The notes below the pieces were generated by a model, which ran no database searches, was not told the origin of the DNA, and was given only the letters and a program-made list of their open reading frames with translations. A stretch of DNA of 32,000 bases, taken from positions 3,510,001 through 3,542,000 of the forward strand of contig NC_008312.1 of the NCBI RefSeq assembly GCF_000014265.1, in the 5' to 3' direction. Made by a program: the position numbers and the translations under genes. Of this stretch, positions 24,459 to 32,000 are shown in pieces; within the stretch, counting starts at the first letter, position 1; every line of letters begins with the position of its first letter. Source of the stretch: Trichodesmium erythraeum IMS101 (GTDB lineage Bacteria > Cyanobacteriota > Cyanobacteriia > Cyanobacteriales > Microcoleaceae).

Positions 24459-24695
24459 TTTTTGAATCTTAATTTAAAAATAAGTTTTAGGGACTAAATT
24501 CTAAGCTTAAAGTATAAGGCGAGCTGTAGTAATGGAAGGAAAATGTACGCGCTTGGCTGTAAAGCATACCCTTCAATAGATGATATATTTTGTCTAAGTA
24601 TTTTGTTAGTTATTATGGGCCTTGCTGAATTTAGGGATTAATGTAGAATCTAACTGCAAAAATCACTAACTATACACCACTACCTATGATTTAAA

Positions 24696-24708
24696 CAGGA
24701 CTTACGCA
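24696..24708. repeat. Solo MITE terminal repeat (CAGGACTTACGCA)
   Basis: It exactly matches the TIR consensus of the 92-bp elements. Its left flank (TTAAA) resembles that of copy A, and I found no partner TIR within about 150 nt. Confidence 0.5.
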
Positions 24709-24975
24709 TTTTTTTGTGCACATATAGTGTTGACCGTCACCAGAGATATTAAGAAGTTCAAACCCTACTTCAGCAAACATTTCTGAACTATAATCATAAT
24801 CCAACTGTCATAATAATTCTTATTGGTTTTTATTGATAACTCTCCTTCAGTTTTTTTAGTCAAATTAATTGGTGTTATTGAATTAAGGGATGAATCTATA
24901 AGGGAACAGACACATTCCAAAACTTGTCGAAACTCTTTCATACAATATCATTCCGATACGCAAATACGTAACTCC

Positions 24976-25600
24976 AATTAATTTAATTCCTTAGTCCATC
25001 TATTGGAATTTTTCGGACTTGAAGTATAGTAAAAGTTATACAGCAAATTAAGTCGTATATAGTCAAATTAATATCAAATATTTTCGCGCTATTTTTACTA
25101 ACCAGCTACTAAAATATTTGACAAAATTTAATAACTATCTCCAATACGTTTAATAGTAGAATCAAACTATCTAAGAATTAAAGAATAAATGACAATAATC
25201 ATAAAAATTAATAAATACTCAGAGCATATAGTAGAATCAAACTATCTAAGAATTAAAGAATAAATGACAATAATCATAAAAATTAATAAATACTCAGAGC
25301 ATTTAGTGATTTGAAATCCTTAATTTATGAGATTAGTTAAGAGACATATTATTCAGAAAAATTATCGGTTTTATGCTTAAATTTACCCACTGTATTTCTT
25401 GTATAAAAATCTTTATAACTGTGCTAATTATTTAATTCGTAAGTCGGGGGTCCTTGAAAAGACTTATCGTCACTATTATGAGCTACAAAATATACTGCAA
25501 TCCCAACCATAAACTTAAATTTTTAAGTATTTTTTAAGTAGGTATAATATTTTCCTGATTTTCCTAGTGTGATGTCTTTTTCTATAAATCCTGCTTTTTT
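24976..25600 (-). pseudogene. Heavily decayed paralogue of the 26404-26937 gene; boundaries approximate
   Basis: 24976-25028 is about three-quarters identical to 26402-26454, and both encode ...TKELN-stop on the minus strand. The fragment 25424-25510 (MVGIAVYFVAHNSDDKS...) resembles LGAFFVIPAYKPEGK of the other copy. No long ORF remains. Confidence 0.3.
25153..25302. repeat. Perfect 2 x 75-bp tandem direct repeat
   Basis: The unit ATAGTAGAATCAAACTATCTAAGAATTAAAGAATAAATGACAATAATCATAAAAATTAATAAATACTCAGAGCAT occurs at 25153-25227 and again, with no mismatch read, at 25228-25302. Confidence 0.9.
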
Positions 25601-25617
25601 AGAATCATAGTATAGGT

Positions 25618-26215
25618 TTAATAATTGAGTAATTGAAGTTTTACTGTGTGTTGTTCTAATAACTCCTCATTTTCATAAAAAAAATAATCAAGAATAGCAT
25701 AACATTCATTTTTAATTAATTCAGTAGTCGCAATTCTTTTATTAACAATACCATTATCCAATTTCACTAAATTATCTCCATAAGCATTAAAAGCACTAAT
25801 TATTAACAGACCTCCTGCTTGAAGATATTTAGAAACAAAATCCAAGCTTTTCTGTATATATCAAAAACTAAAAATGTGGCTAGCCAACATTGTTTCTGAT
25901 TTGGGATTGCTATTTAAAAAAAAACGTCTACGCAGCACCACGAGAATAAGCCACATCGAATTTTTTACCAATATCTAACTCAGAAACATTTTGAAAATAT
26001 AAATCAACTTTTTTTCCTAGTCTTTTTTGAGCTTCTTCTAATAAAGATTCACTAGTATCAATTCCAGTTATTCTATAGTCAGGTTCAATTTGCAGTAAAT
26101 TTTCTACTATTAAAGCAGTACCTATTCCTATATCCAATAAATCTCTAGCTTATCCCATTATTTGAGCAAGGTCAGTAGCAATTTCATAATAATTTCTATT
26201 TTTTTTGAACAGCAT
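25618..26215 (-). pseudogene. Class-I SAM-dependent methyltransferase pseudogene with at least 3 lesions
   Basis: The minus-strand ATG at 26215 gives MLFKKNRNYYEIATDLAQIMG. An in-frame TAA follows at 26150-26152, then ARDLLDIGIGTALIVENLL...GIDTSESLLEEAQKRL (SAM motif I). A stop at 25925-25927 and a frameshift come next, and then ...SLDFVSKYLQAGGLLIISAF (post-motif II) lies in another frame. Confidence 0.7.
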
Positions 26216-26403
26216 CACTATAAAATTTAGCAACTCCTTAATATTAATTGTTCATTAGTTCAAATGCTCCTACTTAAAAATTATATTTTTTTCTAGTTTA
26301 CGGTACTTTTTAAGATAGTAAGTAGAGTTTATTACTAATCTTTTTCCCAGGTTCTCTCAACCTATCAAACTTTGTAACTCATTAACTAAAAAAATGCTGT
26401 AAA

Positions 26404-26937
26404 TTAATTTAATTCTTTAGTCAATATATTGAGATTTTCTGGAGTTGGAGTATGAATATAAGCATGTTTTTTAGATAAAAACTTTGCCCCTGTCTCCGTT
26501 TCCATTTCTGTAATTATTCTGGCAAAACCAGCATTTTTAGTTACTTCATGAACTTGATAAACAATCGCATTCAAAACCTCATAGCGGAACTTTAGGTGTA
26601 ATTCGATAGTAAAAATCCACCCTAAATCACAATCTTTTTTCCCTTCTGGTTTATAAGCAGGAATAACAAAAAAAGCTCCCAGAATATTGTTATCTAAATC
26701 TAGTGCAATAATATGCTTTATACCTTCTTGATAAGGTTCCCTAAGATTTTTTAAAGTATGTTCTGCTCGACGAGTTCTGACAAAATTATCATTAAACTCT
26801 GAATCTACAAATACTCTATATAAAATTGCGTCAATCTCATCCCAACAATTGAAGACAAATTAATAATCAACAACTTTTATTTGATAATCTCTTTTTGATT
26901 TATTTAAATGAAATGTATTATTAGTTATCTCTGACAT
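26404..26937 (-). pseudogene. 177-codon gene of uncertain function (possibly acetyltransferase/GNAT-like fold) with an in-frame TAA at codon 26
   Basis: Codons were translated by hand from the ATG at 26937: MSEITNNTFHLNKSKRDYQIKVVDY, then TAA (26860-26862), then FVFNCWDEIDAILYRVFVDSEF...IIALDLDNNILGAFFVIPAYKPEGKKDCDLGWIFTIELHLKFRYEVLNAIVYQVHEVTKNAGFARIITEMETETGAKFLSKK...TKELN, with the stop at 26404-26406. It is absent from the ORF track because the long part has no start codon. Confidence 0.5.
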
Positions 26938-27006
26938 AATTTAGTTTATACCTTTAGTAATTAACATTATTAAAAACTTGATAACTATCTAATTCGATTA
27001 TAATAA

Positions 27007-27735
27007 TCAAAACTGAAATTTATCACCCAAATAATATTGACGTACTAAGGGGTTGTTATAAAGTTCTTCTGCTGTTCCAGATGCCAAAATTTGTCCATCT
27101 CGCATAATATAAGCTCTATCTGTAATTTCCAAAGTTTCTCTCACATTATGATCCGTAATTAAGATGCCCATCTTTTGTTCTCCTAACTTTGCTACTATCT
27201 TTTGAATTTCCGAAATAGCTATGGGATCAACCCCCGCAAATGGTTCATCTAAAAACAAAAATTTCAGTCCATCTCGGTTAGAAGCTAAAGCTCTAGCTAG
27301 TTCTGTTCGCCGACGTTCTCCCCCTGAAACTTGAGAACCATTAGTAGAAGCTATTTTTTCTAAACGAAACTCATTTAATAGAAACTCTAAGCGCTGTTTC
27401 CATTCACGACGAGGCACTTTTGTTTGTTCTAAGACCAAGAGAATATTATCTTTGACACTAAGGTTACGAAAAATACTAGGTTCCTGAGCTAGATAACCAA
27501 TACCAAGTTTTGCTCTTTTATCCATTGGTAAAGCTGTTATATCTAACTCATTAAAAAAAACAGTACCCAGGGAAGGTTTTTCTAGACCCGTAGCAATATA
27601 AAATGTAGTAGTTTTACCAGCACCATTAGGACCGAGTAAGCCAACAATTTCTCCCTGATCAATAAATATATTAACTCGACTCACAACGGCACGACTACCA
27701 TAATATTTGTGAATATTCTCAAGAACAATTTTCAT
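27007..27735 (-). CDS. lptB: LPS export ABC transporter ATP-binding protein
   Basis: MKIVLENIHKYYGSRAVVSRVNIFIDQGEIVGLLGPNGAGKTTTFY (Walker A), LSGGERRRTELARAL (signature motif) and FLFLDEPFAGVDP (Walker B). The ATG at 27735 is preferred over the listed TTG at 27753. The size of about 242 aa fits LptB. Confidence 0.85.
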   Translation of the reverse strand: MKIVLENIHKYYGSRAVVSRVNIFIDQGEIVGLLGPNGAGKTTTFYIATGLEKPSLGTVFFNELDITALPMDKRAKLGIGYLAQEPSIFRNLSVKDNILLVLEQTKVPRREWKQRLEFLLNEFRLEKIASTNGSQVSGGERRRTELARALASNRDGLKFLFLDEPFAGVDPIAISEIQKIVAKLGEQKMGILITDHNVRETLEITDRAYIMRDGQILASGTAEELYNNPLVRQYYLGDKFQF

Positions 27736-28186
27736 ATTTGAGTTAGAAGCCAACTTTTAAACATAGAATTATATATTAAACCTCAATAATTAAATCCAAT
27801 GTGTAAATTTTTCAACAAACTATATTAATAATCAATATCCCATCAATTCTAGACTAGTTTAATAAAATTCATTAACAAAAATTGCTAACTATATTAATTA
27901 CCATATTAGTAATAGTAAGGGTGATAAAGATTTATTAAATAAGGTAGAGATATTACATACAACGTAAGTACCTTAAGACAAGAAAAAGTCAATATTGAAA
28001 AAGAGGGATAAAATGATAGAAATAGCTGTCTCAAATGAATTGGAGCAGCTTTTTTTAGCATCTCTGATCGAGATTCTAGACGTACTATGGTCAGGTGCAT
28101 TCTTTATTCAAAGTATTATAAATAAAAAGACTTTAAGTTTTAGGCAACAGCCCCAGAAAGCAACCTGGAATAGGGAATAATTTAGA

Positions 28187-28705
28187 TTATGGACTAATTG
28201 GAGTTTTAAAGGCAGGCTTAGGATTAAATGGTGCACTAACAGCACCTTCTATATCTGCTCCTTGACCAGTAGGAACTACATATACAGACTCTACTTGCCC
28301 TTGTGACTGGGGTAAAGCAATAAAACGTCCTTCATCTATTAGATAGGTGACAGTTTCTCCCCGAATTGTATTGCCATCTTGTAGTATAAATACATCTCCA
28401 CTAAGAACAATTCTACGCTCTCGGCTGAAATATTGAGCTTGAGCTGCTGTTGCTTGAATTTTGCGGGCAGGGTAGTTAATTTGGACGTTACCACGAGCTG
28501 TAACAACTCCTGTTCTAGCATCAGCTTCTTGAATATCGGAGCGAACAGTAAGACTACGACCTGAAGAATTTTGATTTCTTGGGGGTTGGTTAGGGTTAAT
28601 TTGAGCAAAGGTAGGATATGTAATAGAATTGAATATACTTAGAGGCAATATCAAGAATAATCCTTTTAATACCAGTGATTGTGATATTTTTTTATTAAGT
28701 ATCAT
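28187..28705 (-). CDS. lptA: LptA/OstA-N family periplasmic LPS-transport protein
   Basis: Signal peptide ...LFLILPLSIFNSITYPTFAQ/I, followed by the OstA_N-like beta-jellyroll repeats ADARTGVVTARGNVQINYPARKIQATAAQAQYFSRERRIVLSGDVFILQDGNTIRGETVTYLIDEGRF. It lies upstream of lptB. Confidence 0.7.
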   Translation of the reverse strand: MILNKKISQSLVLKGLFLILPLSIFNSITYPTFAQINPNQPPRNQNSSGRSLTVRSDIQEADARTGVVTARGNVQINYPARKIQATAAQAQYFSRERRIVLSGDVFILQDGNTIRGETVTYLIDEGRFIALPQSQGQVESVYVVPTGQGADIEGAVSAPFNPKPAFKTPISP

Positions 28706-28781
28706 TTGTCATTAAAATTAGGTGAAAAATTGTCAAGTGGTCCACCATCTCAATTATTGGGTATATAGCGCTACCCACAAG

Positions 28782-28809
28782 TCAGAACTCAGACCTCAGA
28801 ACTCAGAAG
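28782..28809. repeat. STRR-like heptamer tandem repeat (TCAGAAC x4, two variant units)
   Basis: TCAGAAC TCAGACC TCAGAAC TCAGAAG, read directly in the intergenic DNA upstream of lptA. Confidence 0.8.
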
Positions 28810-29551
28810 TTATTTTTGAGTAAATTTCAGCATTTATAAATGTCCTAATCTTGAGCTTCGACTGGTATAAATTAAGCATCTGTTTATTTTACCGAAAAAT
28901 TGGGCTTAAAGCCTCCCTGTTCTAGGACTACTTTTTAGTTGTTTTTTATACATCTGCTATTACTTTATTTTCTAACAGCCGGAGAGAATATCAAACAATT
29001 TTCAGATGTAGTCACCATAGACTAATACCCACACTAAAGCAACGGAGATTACTTTTAAGATATTTCAGTACTTCTGAGATAGGATTAACTTAGACGAAAA
29101 ATTTCATTTACCCTTTTGCCAAAACTTCAGTAACTCCTTAAAACCTTTGAATGTCTCTCGCTCTTACAAACTATATAAGTCTGCTCCACAGCAATAATAT
29201 GTGTATAGCCGATAATAATGAGGATTAAGCTTCATTTGAGTAGCCAACCATGGACTTTATGAGAACTTCTCTGCTTTCAAACTATCCCTACTAAGCATAT
29301 CTCAAGTGGATTTATAGAACTTATTTGAATCTGTGTATAAATACTCTAATACAACGGTAATTCCTAAATTGTGAGAAAGCTAATTTACTTGTGCTATAAA
29401 AGGTTTAGCCATACTTTGATTATATACTCGAGATTTAATAAATCCCTTAAGTCTTCTTGCGGCCACTCACCACAAAATATGGGGTTACCAGACTCCTGCT
29501 CTTTTTTAGATGCGCCCAAATTACCACTTATAAAAATATAATTTTTTCAAT

Positions 29552-31312
29552 TTAAATCTTATATTTTGAAATTATTGTAGCATTAACAGGAATGTTTTCT
29601 CTCTCAAAATTTTCTTTCAATCTGTAGCAAAACTCACGAGCTACATTCCACTGTTTTCTTGGTTTTGTTTTGACTCTAATTGTAATTTCTACATCCATTT
29701 TATTAATACTATTAACGGCTAAAATACTTGCAAAATCTATAATTTTATCTCTCCAATTTGCATCATTTATTAACTCATTATTAACTTTATTAATTAACTT
29801 TAGTGCTTGACTTAAATTAGTATCCAAATTAACTTTTATTTTCAAATCAATACTTGCCCAATCTTTAGTAAAATTATTTATAATAGTAACTTTACTATTA
29901 GGAATAGTCGTTAAACTTCCTCCAGTATTACGCAATTGTGTCACCCGAAAATTCATATCTTCTACATAACCAATAGTATTATCTAAGTCAATCAGGTCCC
30001 CTATTGCATATTGATCTTCCCCCAAAATAAAAATTCCACTTATTATGTCTTTAACTAAATTATCACCACCCAAAGAAACTGCAAAACTAATAATTCCTAA
30101 ACCAACTAATATGATAATTATAGAAATATTTAATTGGTAAAATATCAAAAGTATACAAATAAAAACCAATATAAAAATTACCATTCCTTGCAATGTATGG
30201 GAAAAAGTAATTGCTCTTGATACTGTTCTCTGAATATAAGATTCCATATCTAGTATATGAAAACTATTAATGGTAAACGAGTTGATTACAACTGGACTAA
30301 TTTTAATTATTAAGTAAGTACCGATGATTATAGTTAATACTGTGGCGTAAGAAAGTAATAAAATTTGTAGCCAACGACTATAAGGAAAATTTCCTAAAAT
30401 CCAGCTAATACTATACAGCCATAGAATTATTTTAGTTACTTGCAATAAACTTCTAAAAAAAGAATTTTTATATTGCTTTTGTTCCCAGATTAACTGTTGT
30501 TTTTGTCCAATGTTTAATTCTGGTTTGACTGAAGTTAATTGTTGCTGATTTCTCAACTCATCTATTTGTGTATAAGAAAATTTTAAACCTTCTATTAACT
30601 TTTGGAGTTTTTGATATTTCTCGAAGCAGTATTTTTGCCAAGTTGATATGAGAAAGCTCAACAGTATCAAAGTTAATATTATTCCTGTAGAAATTAAAGT
30701 TTGCCTGAATAAATAGTCTGGTTGTCGCTCTCTCTGTGCCCTAATTAAAGCATCTCTCATAAAACCAATAATCTGATTAGCTAAATCTTGTCTAGATATG
30801 CCATGAATCTGAGCATCTAAATCTGTAATAGCAATTAATTCTTGATTTTTTAGTTCTTCTGCATCAGAAGCAAATACTAAAGTCTGGTTTTCCAGGATTT
30901 CAAGAGTTAATTTTAAAGTATCTGCATCAAAGCAATTTTTAATCGTTTGTATAAGATTATTTTCATACAGTCTGACTCGAATATTTAGAGGAGATGTATT
31001 GCTATTTCCTTGAATTTCTTGCCCTGCTATTGCTGCGACTTTTAATATTTCTCTACCGTCTATTTTGATAGGTTTATAAACTATGTTGCTCCGAGGTGTT
31101 AATAAGTTAAAAGGGGCGATATTTTCAATATTACTATTTTGTGTTTTTTCTGAATTATTAACTAATGCTAAGTTACTTTTGTTAATGGTAAGAATGAAGA
31201 TTGACAGACTCAACACTATTACAGTTATAATTTTTGATATTTTATAGCAATTGTAGAATAAATTTTTTTTGATAAGCAGGAGGTTTAATAAAATAAGTTT
31301 AAAAATTTGCAT
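29552..31312 (-). CDS. Mechanosensitive ion channel family protein (MscS-like, large N-terminal extension)
   Basis: Multiple TM segments are followed by the MscS core ...LVKDIISGIFILGEDQYAIGDLIDLDNTIGYVEDMNFRVTQLRNTGGSLTTIPNSKVTIINNFTKDW (sGi.il.e.p..iGD.i.....G.Ve.i..r.T.lr...g....iPNs). Confidence 0.85.
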   Translation of the reverse strand: MQIFKLILLNLLLIKKNLFYNCYKISKIITVIVLSLSIFILTINKSNLALVNNSEKTQNSNIENIAPFNLLTPRSNIVYKPIKIDGREILKVAAIAGQEIQGNSNTSPLNIRVRLYENNLIQTIKNCFDADTLKLTLEILENQTLVFASDAEELKNQELIAITDLDAQIHGISRQDLANQIIGFMRDALIRAQRERQPDYLFRQTLISTGIILTLILLSFLISTWQKYCFEKYQKLQKLIEGLKFSYTQIDELRNQQQLTSVKPELNIGQKQQLIWEQKQYKNSFFRSLLQVTKIILWLYSISWILGNFPYSRWLQILLLSYATVLTIIIGTYLIIKISPVVINSFTINSFHILDMESYIQRTVSRAITFSHTLQGMVIFILVFICILLIFYQLNISIIIILVGLGIISFAVSLGGDNLVKDIISGIFILGEDQYAIGDLIDLDNTIGYVEDMNFRVTQLRNTGGSLTTIPNSKVTIINNFTKDWASIDLKIKVNLDTNLSQALKLINKVNNELINDANWRDKIIDFASILAVNSINKMDVEITIRVKTKPRKQWNVAREFCYRLKENFERENIPVNATIISKYKI

Positions 31313-31329
31313 AAGCTATTAGATATACA

Positions 31330-31433
31330 TAGGACTTACAAAAAAAACTGGCTGGCTCGACCAAATTTTCCATAAGTGCGAAAAACAATGATCGGGGCAA
31401 TAAACCTGGTTTCTTATTAGGTATGTAAGTCTT
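31330..31433. mobile_element. MITE-like element of about 103 bp, second subfamily with related termini (AGGACTTACA ... TGTAAGTCT)
   Basis: The terminal inverted repeats share the AGGACTTAC core of the 92-bp family, but the interior is unrelated to it. Confidence 0.5.
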
Positions 31434-32000
31434 GATAAAATTAGTCTACTGATTGATTTCTATCCGGAAGTAGAAGTATCCGGACAGAAGTCTTAGTGTT
31501 TTACTAATTAGTTAATGAGATAAGTAGCTAGGTAAAATTTAAGGTAAAATAGAAGGTAGTGTCATATATATAGTAAGAAGTTAATTAAATCATTAACTTA
31601 TGATATAATTGTCCTAAATATTACTTGATAATTTGTTGAAAAATAAAATTTTGTTTCTTGGACGATATAGCGGCCAAACTTGCAACAGCTATATCACTTC
31701 CTGATAATTTTATTACTACATCTGCAGGACGGGAAAATAGAAAATATTCCTCATATTAATTTGAGTATTCAGCTATTAGTTTCATTGTCTTTAAAGGATA
31801 AATTAGTATCCTCATAATTTTAAAAAATTCAAAGTACTAGTAATACTAAGTTTGAAAAAGAATGCACTTCACTAGGTGTCTTTTAATAAAAATAGCTGAA
31901 AAAGATCATATCTAATTAATTTGAGATAGTTATATCTATCATTTCTCCTTTGGTTTTAATATTTTCTCCTTCTTCCTTTTTCTTTCGGATGTAGAGACAT

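Noticed and set aside
27906-28180. ORFs 27906-28100 (-) and 27995-28180 (+) in the lptA-lptB spacer
   Set aside because: They overlap each other on opposite strands, are rich in Leu/Ile/Ser/Tyr from AT-rich DNA, and have no recognisable motifs or a ribosome-binding context. They are treated as spurious.

Overview
This is an AT-rich window with six exact HIP1 palindromes (GCGATCGC), an STRR-like heptamer run, several MITE-like elements and many decayed genes. That pattern points to a filamentous cyanobacterial chromosome, possibly Trichodesmium-like, but this is inference only. From left to right the window holds: (i) the 3' part of a gene for a LamG-lectin protein carrying about 40 tandem Thr-rich nonapeptide repeats; (ii) an accessory, decayed stretch with a GXWXG/DUF4334 gene interrupted by an in-frame TAG, a secreted class-A beta-lactamase-fold hydrolase, a 5'-truncated and frameshifted IS630 transposase, a MITE and toxin-antitoxin remnants; (iii) a six-gene plus-strand nucleotide-sugar operon that mixes CDP-3,6-dideoxyhexose genes (rfbF, rfbH/E1) with a UDP-glucose dehydrogenase, a UXS-like SDR, a short SDR reductase and a TylCIII-type C-methyltransferase; (iv) a convergent minus-strand operon encoding a 1600-aa TPR-DUF616-GT2-GT-B-methyltransferase fusion, a TviB/WbpO-type dehydrogenase and a 1213-aa TPR-GT61 fusion; (v) about 2.3 kb of pseudogene debris containing a perfect 75-bp tandem duplication; (vi) lptB, lptA and an MscS-family channel. 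The most interesting hypothesis is that the two soluble TPR-fused glycosyltransferase giants, together with the unusual sugar-nucleotide operon, form a carrier-lipid-independent glycosylation machine. The window contains no initiating transferase, flippase, polymerase or Wzm/Wzt. The mucin-like Thr-repeat LamG protein is one possible acceptor. No rRNA, tRNA or CRISPR array was recognised. All family assignments come from reading motifs in the translations and were not checked against any database.
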